Below are positions 8,921 to 17,213 of a stretch of 33,148 bases of DNA, piece after piece. A model generated the notes under the pieces. It was not told where the DNA came from and ran no database searches. It saw nothing but the letters and a program-made list of their open reading frames with translations. The translations under genes were made by a program, and so were the position numbers. The number at the start of each line of letters is the position of its first letter. Position 1 is the first letter of the stretch. The DNA is from a virus (taxonomy: Duplodnaviria; Caudoviricetes): the IMG/VR virus record IMGVR_UViG_3300045285_000043, positions 1 through 33,148 of that record. One strand, 5' to 3'.

Positions 8921-9169
8921 ATGGCTGACATTGACGCACGGATTGACGAAGTGACGGCAGCGGGCGTTGCTGCCTCGGAGGCTATTATGGCCTTTGCGCA
9001 GGTGCTTAGCCGGTTGGCTGATGATGCTGAGAACGCGGTATTGACCCACGGGCAGCGCGAAGCGTGCGCCTTTGCTCCCGAGATGGTGGCAAGTTTCATC
9101 CAATCCATGAGCGCTGATCTGACTCGCAATGCCGCATTGGTGGCAGCCTGGGCGAAAGTGCCGTCGTGA
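8921..9169 (+). CDS. Hypothetical protein, 82 aa
   Basis: AGGAG RBS; leader identical to that of the preceding gene. Confidence 0.65.
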   Translation: MADIDARIDEVTAAGVAASEAIMAFAQVLSRLADDAENAVLTHGQREACAFAPEMVASFIQSMSADLTRNAALVAAWAKVPS

Positions 9170-9378
9170 CCGGCCCTGAGTTCGACGCCATCCTCGACGC
9201 CCTTGGCTGGTCGCGCCGCCACGTTGCGGGGCTGCTGGGGTGCAGCGAGGCGCTGCCCTGGCGGTGGGCGACGGGCCGGCTGGAGGTTCCGCCTGCCATC
9301 GCCCAGTGGCTACGGGCGCTGGCCACGAGCCACGCGCTGCATCCGGTGCCGTCTGGGTGGCGTCGGCGTGCTGCGTGA
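9166..9378 (+). CDS. Small XRE/Cro-like HTH regulator
   Basis: FDAILDALGWSRRHVAGLLGCSEALPWRWATG HTH pattern; GTGA overlap. Confidence 0.75.
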   Translation: MTGPEFDAILDALGWSRRHVAGLLGCSEALPWRWATGRLEVPPAIAQWLRALATSHALHPVPSGWRRRAA

Positions 9379-10008
9379 TCACGGCGACCACTTGAGCGGT
9401 CCGAAACCTGGCGGCGGCCCTGGGCATGGCGGGAAGGACTGAGCCGGTCCGGGCATCAGTTCCGAGGCCAGGGCGTTGCATCGGAGGCAGCGTTGGCCAG
9501 GGGTTCCGGCGTATATCCAGTCGTGCCCCGGCTTGGACACCCCGTTTCCCGGCCCTGAGAGCGCGCTACGCGGCCCCTGGCCGTTCTCCGCACCCACATG
9601 ACCCCCTGACGGTTGCGCGGCCCTGTACGCTTTCCAGGCGGCGTCTGTGGCCTGTTGCTGGAGGATAGCGTCTGGCGAGTTGGTGTATCCGGGGCCTGTA
9701 TGGGCGATGGGCAGCGTGCTGATGCCCTGGTGTGCCGCCTGCATCGCCTGCTCGACGGCACGGCGGGTCTCGGCGTCGGGGATATCGCGGGCTACGCGGT
9801 CTGCCAACATCCTGGCACCTGCTGGATCTGTCTGACGTGCGATGGCTTCCTGGACTGCGGCTGCGTCTGTGTCTGCCTCGGCGAGTTCGCATTCGAGATC
9901 CATGGCGACGACGGCGGCGCGGATACGCTGGCGGGTTTCGAGATCGCCGAGGTTGGCCAGGGCATGGGCGAGTAGGCGGAGGAGATCGCGCTCGCGTTCG
10001 GTCATCAT
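9379..10008 (-). CDS. Hypothetical protein, ~209 aa (MMTERERDLLRLL...)
   Basis: ATGA overlap with the upstream gene; helical N-terminus, C-terminal HDW...CLRC. Confidence 0.55.
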   Translation of the reverse strand: MMTERERDLLRLLAHALANLGDLETRQRIRAAVVAMDLECELAEADTDAAAVQEAIARQTDPAGARMLADRVARDIPDAETRRAVEQAMQAAHQGISTLPIAHTGPGYTNSPDAILQQQATDAAWKAYRAAQPSGGHVGAENGQGPRSALSGPGNGVSKPGHDWIYAGTPGQRCLRCNALASELMPGPAQSFPPCPGPPPGFGPLKWSP

Positions 10009-10241
10009 CGTGTCCTGGGGAATATCGGGCCGCTGCCCATGGCGCAGAACAACAGGTCGGCGCAGACGTATATTACGAATATGCACACAACTGCCCAGAT
10101 GATGATGTTGATGGTGGCGGGAATGCGCGGGTCCACGCTGCTGAGCATGGGCAGTATCCAGATGCGGAAGATGGCGATCAGCGCGCATAGGACGACGAGG
10201 AATATCAAAATCTGGACGAGATAACCTAGCGAGAAGCACAT
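10005..10241 (-). CDS. Small membrane protein (2 TM)
   Basis: GGAGG RBS; two hydrophobic stretches. Confidence 0.7.
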   Translation of the reverse strand: MCFSLGYLVQILIFLVVLCALIAIFRIWILPMLSSVDPRIPATINIIIWAVVCIFVIYVCADLLFCAMGSGPIFPRTR

Positions 10242-10414
10242 GAGGCGGTCCTCCGTGAGTCGCGGTGAAGCATGTCGGCGATGACGAAGGCGATGCTGGC
10301 GAGGACGGCGGCGACGGCGGCGTTGATCCAGAGGGCGGCGACGGCATCGCTGACGGTGGCGACGCAGAGGACGCCGCCGAGCACGTCACTGCAGCGGGCG
10401 ATGGCGTGGATCAC
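10226..10414 (-). CDS. Small hydrophobic protein
   Basis: Hydrophobic 62-aa ORF in the operon. Confidence 0.45.
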   Translation of the reverse strand: MIHAIARCSDVLGGVLCVATVSDAVAALWINAAVAAVLASIAFVIADMLHRDSRRTASCASR

Positions 10415-10459
10415 GGCGCGATCCTCCGGGTGGCGGCGGGGTGGGTCATGCGGCGCAAT

Positions 10460-10705
10460 GTCAGTCCAAAAAACGTGACACCACCTGTTCCACCTGCACC
10501 TCTATTTCCGTACCCTTTCACAGCATCCTGTCCCATATCTCTTTTATCCTTAAAAGTAACAGAGGTAACAGAGGTTAAGAGATTAGAAACGTTGAGAAAT
10601 TCCGTCACCACCTACCGTTACCTCCCGCCCAAGAAAGTGCCAAAAGGTGGTAGCAGGGCGTTACCACCCCCGTTTGCTCCCTGATGAGCGGCGGTAACGG
10701 TGGTT
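10460..10705. other. Candidate replication origin: AT-rich tract with GTAAC/GTTAC repeats just downstream of the VapE-like gene
   Basis: GTAACAGAG x2 (10556-10573), GTTACC at 10617 and 10660, GGTAAC at 10693, AT-rich core ~10530-10600. Confidence 0.5.
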
Positions 10706-10708
10706 TTT

Positions 10709-12007
10709 TCACTTGTCAGTCTCACTAAGCTCTGGATCGTATCCCGGCGCGAGCCAGAGCTTGGTCAATCGTTGTCGTCGTCGGGTAGTTCTGGTCCATC
10801 CGAGACCTCGCAGGATGGCGCCGACGCGCATCTGGTGGGCCTTGCCCTGGCGTTCCGCCGGCACTTGCACGGCTTCTGACAGGACTTCCGGGATGCGGAC
10901 CTCGAAGCGACCGCCGAGCCAGCCAACGATGCGATCTGTCCATACGTCCTCGGTCAGTCGGTCGGTCTGGATATCGATGGCGCTATTCTGTACCCCCTCA
11001 TCATCCAGCCAGATTGACTCGCGCGCCGCCTCCCGCGCTGCCGCCTCGGCCCATAGCTGCTCGCGATTGGCGCGCACCCAGGCGGGTGACGCCACCTTGC
11101 AGCGGACTGGCCAGATGCGGCGGTTACCGGTCGAATCCCGCAGGTAGTCGTCGGAATTTGTGGTGCCGACCAAGATCCCCTGGCGTGGCCGCTCGATGTA
11201 GGCTTTGCCGTAGGGCGGCCGGTAGCGATCGACCGAGCGGGACAGGAACGCCTTGATGGTCTCGACCTCGGCGCGGATCAGGTGCTCGATCTCGGAGAAT
11301 TCCAGGCACCAGACGCCGAGAAGCGCCATGGCGGCGTCGCGACTGGACAGGTCGGGCGGGATGGCGTCGGAGAACCATTCTTCGCCGAACAGGTCGCGCA
11401 GCACCGTGGACTTGCCGATGCCCTGCGCCCCTTCGAGTACCATCATGTGGTCGAACTTGCAGCCGGGTTGGCGCAGCCGGCGGACGGCGGCAATCAGGAA
11501 CTTGGCGCCGACCGCGCGGTGATAATCGGTATTGGCGGCGTCGAAGGTGTTGATCAGCCACAGGTCCAGCCGCGGCTTGCCGTCCCAGCGTAGGGTGTCG
11601 AGCCATGCCAGGATGGGGTGAAACTGCCGCTGTGCCGCCTCGGCCAGCATGGCGTCCTCGACGGTGCCGCGGGCGAACTTCGGCGACCAGACGCGCTGCA
11701 GGTAGCCTTGCAGCAGCGCCACGTCCTCGATTCCCCAGGAACGCGGATAGGGTCCGGGCAACCCATGGGCATCCTCATCGGCCAGCGGCGGCGGGTTCAT
11801 CAGCAGATGCGCCGAGGTGAAGGCGTTATAGGACAGCATGCCCGACAGGACGGGATCATTTGCCAGGATGGTCATGGCGTTCGCCACCGTGGGTAGGAAG
11901 GCGCCCTCGGCATTGCGCTGCAACCGGGCGAACCATGCGGACGTTCCCGCCGCGCGATCGGAGGGGAAAGGCCGAATTTTCGGGTCTGGCATGTCATCCA
12001 TGACCAC
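10709..12007 (-). CDS. VapE/virulence-associated E family P-loop ATPase (putative replicative helicase)
   Basis: WDGKPRL, PGCKFD, LEGAQGIGKST, EFSE, YRPPYG, GTTN, DSTGNRRIWP motifs. Confidence 0.9.
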   Translation of the reverse strand: MVMDDMPDPKIRPFPSDRAAGTSAWFARLQRNAEGAFLPTVANAMTILANDPVLSGMLSYNAFTSAHLLMNPPPLADEDAHGLPGPYPRSWGIEDVALLQGYLQRVWSPKFARGTVEDAMLAEAAQRQFHPILAWLDTLRWDGKPRLDLWLINTFDAANTDYHRAVGAKFLIAAVRRLRQPGCKFDHMMVLEGAQGIGKSTVLRDLFGEEWFSDAIPPDLSSRDAAMALLGVWCLEFSEIEHLIRAEVETIKAFLSRSVDRYRPPYGKAYIERPRQGILVGTTNSDDYLRDSTGNRRIWPVRCKVASPAWVRANREQLWAEAAAREAARESIWLDDEGVQNSAIDIQTDRLTEDVWTDRIVGWLGGRFEVRIPEVLSEAVQVPAERQGKAHQMRVGAILRGLGWTRTTRRRQRLTKLWLAPGYDPELSETDK

Positions 12008-12812
12008 CCCGGCGCATGCCGGAATTCAAACCTGACCGAATTGTGCCCTTGGCCTCCGAATGATCCAGCCCGGCGGCGCGTGCCGCGGCGTAGAGCGCCT
12101 CGATCGCCTCTTGCTCGCCGAGCAGCCCGCCGCCGATCAGGATGCCGACCTGATAGGACCGGCGGTTAAGCACGTCGTTGCGCTTGCCCTCGCCGGCAGT
12201 GACCACGGCAGACGCGGCACGGTAGAGCCGGTTGCGTGCCAGGTCGTTGGTTTGCACCGGCACGATATGCTTGGGCTCCGGCGCCGGCTCCAACAACCGC
12301 AGCAGCCAACCGGGCGCGGCGGGCGGCGCTAGATCCCATGGTGCCACCAGCCAGCGGTATGGCTTGCCGGTGATGTGGTGGACGGACGGCGGGATGGTCT
12401 GTGATTGCCGGCCGCGGCGCGGGTCGATGCCGGGCGCCGGCTTGCCACCTTCGCCGATGATCCGCTCGCCATTCCAGGCGAAGAACATGGCCAGTCCGCC
12501 GCCGCCGGAACGCATGACCGGACGCGGCGGCAGCGCGCCGTGAACCTTCACGAATTCGCCCATGGCCAAAATGCCGTCATGGGCGTGAATCGGCGGCGTA
12601 TCCAGATCGAGGCCCCAGACGCGGGATGGACCGACGACGACGCGCCAATTGCAGCACGGGAATTCGCGGGTCCAGCGGGCGAGGACGTTAAGATCGGCGG
12701 TCGCCTGATTGGTGGCATTGGCGAAGCAGGCATGCCGCGTACGCCGACTGGACGGGTAGAGGTGCCAGCCGACTAGGGCGGCGCGCTCGATATCTGGGTG
12801 CAGCGTGGTCAT
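11994..12812 (-). CDS. Bifunctional DNA primase/polymerase (Prim-Pol) with C-terminal helical domain
   Basis: GWHLYP, ATAD, NW, LDLD, SGGGG, PPSVH..TGKPY and GKRND motifs. Confidence 0.85.
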   Translation of the reverse strand: MTTLHPDIERAALVGWHLYPSSRRTRHACFANATNQATADLNVLARWTREFPCCNWRVVVGPSRVWGLDLDTPPIHAHDGILAMGEFVKVHGALPPRPVMRSGGGGLAMFFAWNGERIIGEGGKPAPGIDPRRGRQSQTIPPSVHHITGKPYRWLVAPWDLAPPAAPGWLLRLLEPAPEPKHIVPVQTNDLARNRLYRAASAVVTAGEGKRNDVLNRRSYQVGILIGGGLLGEQEAIEALYAAARAAGLDHSEAKGTIRSGLNSGMRRGGHG

Positions 12813-14107
12813 GCCGCATTCACCAGAACAAGCGCGTGGCTCGGCCGCGTCACCGCAACATAGAGAAGCTGCTGCATCTCCAATACGTTGTCCACGCGCT
12901 TGCGGATGTCGGCGATGTCAACGAACACGTTGCGGAACGTGGACCCCTGCGAGGTGTGAACCGTCATGGCATAGGGCGCCTGGAGGCTGCCCATGCGCTG
13001 CTTCACCGCGTGGAAATCGCCCCATCTATCCCGATGGTCTCCCGCTTCATCCGCGATCCTGGCCAGTTCCTTCTGATAGGCTCGCTCATCGCGCGGGATA
13101 TCGATGGTGACACGCTCGCCGCCGTCCTTCAGCAGATCGACGCGCCAGGACGGCACCATCGCTGTCCACGCCCTTGCCGGGCCACGCTCCTGAAGCGCAT
13201 ATGCGAACGTGCCAGGGCCGATCTTCTCGACCGTCGCCTCTTCGTTGGTGCTGATCAGCAGCGTCTGCCCGTCGGCCATGAACACCGGCGACCGGGCAAT
13301 GGCGCGCTCGCCCGGCATGAACGGCGTCGGCGTGTCGCCGCCATAAATCCACCGCCTGACCTGGCGGTTGACGCTGGCAACGCGCGCATTGGTCCAGGCC
13401 AGATACCGGAAGCTGTCCGGATCGTCCCTGAACCGCTCCGAGCAGAACCCCGCTCGCATCCACGTCGCCGCGTCGGCCGGCATATAGACGCCGAGCGGTG
13501 CGGCGCGGACCTGGCTCATCCATGACCAATCGGCCGGACCACCCTGCGAGGCGCGGACGGCATGGGCGGCATCGAGGATCGGGTTGTCGGCGGACTGGCG
13601 GATGATCGTGTCGAGATGGCTGCGGCTTTTGATGGCGAAGGCTTCGCTTTCCACCTCGCCGACCGGCGGCAACTGGGCGGGATCGCCGACGAACAGCACG
13701 AACGCCATCGGCAGGTGCCGGCGGATATGCCGCATCAAGTCGGCGCCCAGCATCGACGCCTCATCGATCACGACAATATCGGCCGTCACCGGCTTGGCGC
13801 GGCGCTTGCGCTCGAACACCATTCGATCGCCGTGCGGTCTGGGGATCAGGCTCAACAGGCTATGGATGGTCACACACGGTAGATCGACCCCGGTCGAAGC
13901 CAGCTTGCGCGCCAGCACGGCCACGGCTTTGTGGGTCGGCGCGGTCAGCACCACGTCCATGTGCTGCCAGGCGTCGGCGCAATGCTGCACCAGCGTGGTC
14001 TTGCCGGACCCTGCATAGCCGGTGAGCAGGTGAAACACCCCCTCGCCGCCCGCCGCCTGGATTTCAGCGAAAGCGCGCTCTTGGTCAGGGGTGAGAACGA
14101 CCGTCAC
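12809..14107 (-). CDS. SF1B Dda/RecD-like DNA helicase
   Basis: GYAGSGKTT, APTHKA, DEASM, GDPAQLPPV, YAMTVHTSQGST, YVAVTR; GTG at 14107 overlaps the upstream TGA. Confidence 0.9.
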   Translation of the reverse strand: MTVVLTPDQERAFAEIQAAGGEGVFHLLTGYAGSGKTTLVQHCADAWQHMDVVLTAPTHKAVAVLARKLASTGVDLPCVTIHSLLSLIPRPHGDRMVFERKRRAKPVTADIVVIDEASMLGADLMRHIRRHLPMAFVLFVGDPAQLPPVGEVESEAFAIKSRSHLDTIIRQSADNPILDAAHAVRASQGGPADWSWMSQVRAAPLGVYMPADAATWMRAGFCSERFRDDPDSFRYLAWTNARVASVNRQVRRWIYGGDTPTPFMPGERAIARSPVFMADGQTLLISTNEEATVEKIGPGTFAYALQERGPARAWTAMVPSWRVDLLKDGGERVTIDIPRDERAYQKELARIADEAGDHRDRWGDFHAVKQRMGSLQAPYAMTVHTSQGSTFRNVFVDIADIRKRVDNVLEMQQLLYVAVTRPSHALVLVNAA

Positions 14108-14319
14108 GGCAATGTGCCTGACGGGCTGAATGGGACCGATATGCAAGGCATGACTCCGGGGTTGCGGCCCGGAGCGCTATCCGCTAAAAGGGAGTTATCA
14201 CGCGCCCTTCTAGCGAACGGCCCGCCGGCCGATTGCATCAGCTTCAGGCCCGTCAGCGCTCCAACGCTGGCGGGTTTCGCTTTATGAACGATGCGGTCGA
14301 TTCCGTCCATGCGGATCAT
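14104..14319 (-). CDS. Hypothetical protein, 71 aa
   Basis: Overlap-coupled at both ends. Confidence 0.45.
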   Translation of the reverse strand: MIRMDGIDRIVHKAKPASVGALTGLKLMQSAGGPFARRARDNSLLADSAPGRNPGVMPCISVPFSPSGTLP

Positions 14320-14543
14320 GCCGCCTCTCCGTCAATCGCCGGCTGGCGGTAGCCATCAGCCGGCACCACGCCGCCGGCAGGCTGCCACAGCACGACCTCG
14401 ACGCCGCCCGCAGCGCGGTGGATCTCGCACTCGTACTTGCACGACCACACGCTGATCTCGCCCGCGTAGCCGCCGGCTTCCAGCGACGCGAGGACGGCGC
14501 GTGAGATGATCATGCGACCCGGCGGGACGGTGCGCGCGGTCAT
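14316..14543 (-). CDS. Hypothetical protein (MTARTVPPGRMII...)
   Basis: TGATG/ATGA coupling. Confidence 0.5.
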   Translation of the reverse strand: MTARTVPPGRMIISRAVLASLEAGGYAGEISVWSCKYECEIHRAAGGVEVVLWQPAGGVVPADGYRQPAIDGEAA

Positions 14544-14719
14544 CACAGTCGCTCGCTGATGAACTGATGCAGCACGTCGGCGAACTCCCGTAGCGAGAAC
14601 TCCCCACCCTCGCCGTCTCGATCCATCCAAATGCGGTCGGGATCGTCGCACAGGCCGATGCGGATGTTCTCGATGCGCAGGGAAAATCCCGCCACTCGCA
14701 GCTTGGAGCGATCGGTCAT
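14543..14719 (-). CDS. Hypothetical protein (MTDRSKLRVAGF...)
   Basis: ATGA coupling to rusA. Confidence 0.55.
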   Translation of the reverse strand: MTDRSKLRVAGFSLRIENIRIGLCDDPDRIWMDRDGEGGEFSLREFADVLHQFISERL

Positions 14720-15174
14720 GCCGTCCCCCGTCGCCATGCCGCGAGCGCAGCCTGCGTAGGCCGCACAGACCGTTTGCGCCTGGACAGGCGCAACGGCGGC
14801 GGCTGACGCTGCTCGGGGCCTGGCACGGCCCACAGCGCTACCAGCACGTCACTGCGGTCCACCGGATCGACGCGATAGCCGCGCAGCCCGCTGTCGTTGC
14901 GCACGGCGCCGATGTGTTGGCACAGGTCGAACAGCGGCTTGCTCCAATTGTCGGAATCCCGGCGCGACTTCTCCGGTATCTGGATCTCGGCGCGGAAGCA
15001 GCCGGTGATGGTGGGCACACCGACGAGTTGACGCCGCGCTTCCCATCCAGCATCGCGCAGCCAGGCTGAGTATTCCGGCGTGCGCTCGCGTGGTTTGCCG
15101 GAGGCGCGTCGCCACAGCCGGTTCGCGGACGGCGGCGACGGCAGCGCCAGAGCGATGTCGGGCTGCGCGCTCAT
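14716..15174 (-). CDS. rusA: RusA-like Holliday junction resolvase
   Basis: PSPPSANRLW, RRDSDNWSKPLFD, NDS catalytic pattern. Confidence 0.75.
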   Translation of the reverse strand: MSAQPDIALALPSPPSANRLWRRASGKPRERTPEYSAWLRDAGWEARRQLVGVPTITGCFRAEIQIPEKSRRDSDNWSKPLFDLCQHIGAVRNDSGLRGYRVDPVDRSDVLVALWAVPGPEQRQPPPLRLSRRKRSVRPTQAALAAWRRGTA

Positions 15175-15449
15175 AGCGCCTCTTCCTCGCAGGCGATCAC
15201 GTCAGCTTCCGCGGTCCTGCGCGGGCAACCATCGTGCCGGTAGCATTCCACGTATGCCTCGCGGTCTATCTGGTCCGGCCAGGTCTCGGCGTTCTCGCGC
15301 GACCAGCCGCGCGCCACGGCGATGGATACGAACGCCTCCCGGTAAGCCGGCAGCCATTCCGCCTCGATACGCTCGTGTTCGGCATCCCAATCGTCACCGT
15401 CGAGTTCACAGAGAGCAGCGAACCGGGCTTTCCAGTCGATATCGCTCAT
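15171..15449 (-). CDS. Acidic hypothetical protein (MSDIDWKARFAAL...)
   Basis: GGAG RBS; ATGA overlaps. Confidence 0.6.
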   Translation of the reverse strand: MSDIDWKARFAALCELDGDDWDAEHERIEAEWLPAYREAFVSIAVARGWSRENAETWPDQIDREAYVECYRHDGCPRRTAEADVIACEEEAL

Positions 15450-15474
15450 GCCGCGCACTCCGCATAGCGGCCGG

Positions 15475-15726
15475 TCATGCTGCCGGCACCTGAACCAGAT
15501 CCAGCAGCTCACGGATGGCATCGACCTTTTCGATGTTGGTGGTGTCACGCCGCTCGACAACCTCACGGATCTTGTCCAGCCGCAGCGCTTCATCGGCCTG
15601 CGTGATGCTGACGACGCTGATCGGGCCGGCATCCGCCATGAACAGCGGGCGCACGCCCTGCCACCAGGCATCGTGCGCCGCGCCGTCGCCGTCCACGCGG
15701 TAAACGACGGTGTAGTAGCCGGTCAT
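15475..15726 (-). CDS. Hypothetical protein (MTGYYTVVYRVDGD...)
   Basis: ATGA overlap with gcrA; GGAG RBS. Confidence 0.6.
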   Translation of the reverse strand: MTGYYTVVYRVDGDGAAHDAWWQGVRPLFMADAGPISVVSITQADEALRLDKIREVVERRDTTNIEKVDAIRELLDLVQVPAA

Positions 15727-16190
15727 GCCGCGCACTCCGGCTGCATCGGCGACGAGCGCCGGACGTAGGCTCTGGAATGGTGCGATGCACAATAGACGCT
15801 GCCGGGCTTCGCGATGGATGTGCATTGCAGGTAGTGCCCGCGCTCACCATCCAGCCACGCACATTGATGCCGCGGCTCAGGACGCACCACAGGCGGCGCC
15901 ACAGGCACCTCCGGCGCACGCGGCTTCTCAGGTGCCGGCGGCGACTTCTTCGCGGCCAGCGCGCTCGCCAGCGGCGGCAGCGTGGCGATCGGCGCCACGA
16001 TGGTGATGTGATTCGAGACGACGCCCGTAACCGACAGGCGTGGCTTTCCCGCCCCGAGTGGAGACGGACGCGATGACAGGCCCATGCGATGCACGCGTCC
16101 GATGACCGCGTTCTTGGTGATGCCGAGCGCGATGCCGATCTTACTGGCGGACAACCCGTCCGCCCACATCAGAGTGATCGCGGCGTTCAC
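15723..16190 (-). CDS. gcrA: GcrA-family cell-cycle regulator
   Basis: WADGLSASKIGIALGITKNAVIGRVHRMGL HTH plus C-terminal CAW..G..C...YCASH..AY. Confidence 0.85.
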   Translation of the reverse strand: MNAAITLMWADGLSASKIGIALGITKNAVIGRVHRMGLSSRPSPLGAGKPRLSVTGVVSNHITIVAPIATLPPLASALAAKKSPPAPEKPRAPEVPVAPPVVRPEPRHQCAWLDGERGHYLQCTSIAKPGSVYCASHHSRAYVRRSSPMQPECAA

Positions 16191-16492
16191 GGCCACACCC
16201 CCGCTGGCCAGGACCGCAGCAGCGGCGCCGTGGCACGCTCGGCGCGCGCTCGCACGATCTCCAATGCCAGCAGCCGCTTGGCCCGGTCGAAATCACCCTC
16301 GATCACCGGCTGCGCCTCGCGGCACGGTGGCAGACAACCTGCCTTCCGCACCTGGTGATCGACCGACGAACGCGAGCGGCGCAGCAGCGTGGCGATCTCC
16401 AATATCGTCATGCCGCCCGAGCGCCAGGCAATCGCGCGCCCGACCTCGCCGGCCGTCCACATCTGCTGCCGCCGTTCGGATACGCCGGTCAT
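16187..16492 (-). CDS. HTH protein (WT...EIATLLRRSRSSV, GcrA-N-like)
   Basis: HTH-like pattern. Confidence 0.55.
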   Translation of the reverse strand: MTGVSERRQQMWTAGEVGRAIAWRSGGMTILEIATLLRRSRSSVDHQVRKAGCLPPCREAQPVIEGDFDRAKRLLALEIVRARAERATAPLLRSWPAGVWP

Positions 16493-16529
16493 CGCCGCGC
16501 TCGCCAGTGCCAGCGGAGGCGGTCAGCGA

Positions 16530-16916
16530 TCATGCGGCACATTTTTGCCAGCCTTTTCCGCCATCGCATCCCTGTTCCCATGGGAGCATGAGCTGCTCCT
16601 CTCTGTGTCGCTTGTCCGCAGCAATGGCGCGCACCGTCTCGGCGCGGCGCTCAAGGTGGTCAGCCACGCCGTCGAGGAAGTCGGCGGCACGCAATGCGAG
16701 CTCGCGGCGGCGCTCGCCGTCCATGGCGACATAGCCGGTCGAGTAGAACAGCTTGTGCACCCACCGCAGCGACACGCCGTAGGCATCGGACACGACGCCG
16801 AGCGCGCCCATCGTGTTGCGGCCTCCCCAGCGCGCCGCCATGACGCAATCGCCAAGATCGGCGCGCGCGACTGCGATCTCGCGGTCGTGTGGGATAATTC
16901 GTGTGCCTACGCTCAC
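16530..16916 (-). CDS. Hypothetical protein, possible HTH/CII-position regulator
   Basis: AGGAG RBS; helical; downstream of cro. Confidence 0.5.
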   Translation of the reverse strand: MSVGTRIIPHDREIAVARADLGDCVMAARWGGRNTMGALGVVSDAYGVSLRWVHKLFYSTGYVAMDGERRRELALRAADFLDGVADHLERRAETVRAIAADKRHREEQLMLPWEQGCDGGKGWQKCAA

Positions 16917-17213
16917 CGGATGCTCCTGGGTATCTCTTGGGAGACGAACGACACGGACGGAAAGGAAACGCGCGCGGTGGCACCTGGGACGGAGATCACC
17001 GCGCGCGTCAGTTTGGGGGAAACGAAACGCGCAGCAGTCCCGCGCTGCGCAGCGGATGGCGCCGCTACTCGGGGGAGCGGGCGGCGCAATGTACGTTTCG
17101 GTGCTAACTCACAAGCGAGCGAGCCGGAAACCGGCAATGCACGCCCGCATGTGTCCTGAGCGCGTGCCATCAGGTGGCGGCGTGGACTGTGGTGACAGAG
17201 GTGCGCGGCGCGG

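Noticed and set aside
8474-9481. 335-aa minus-strand ORF
   Set aside because: Antisense to three plus-strand genes that have a promoter and RBSs
10681-10710. CTGATGAG resembling a hammerhead ribozyme core
   Set aside because: No stem II followed by GAAA could be found
16913-17170. 85-aa ORF between the GIY-YIG-HTH gene and the next gene
   Set aside because: No clear RBS or motif; may be a non-coding regulatory gap
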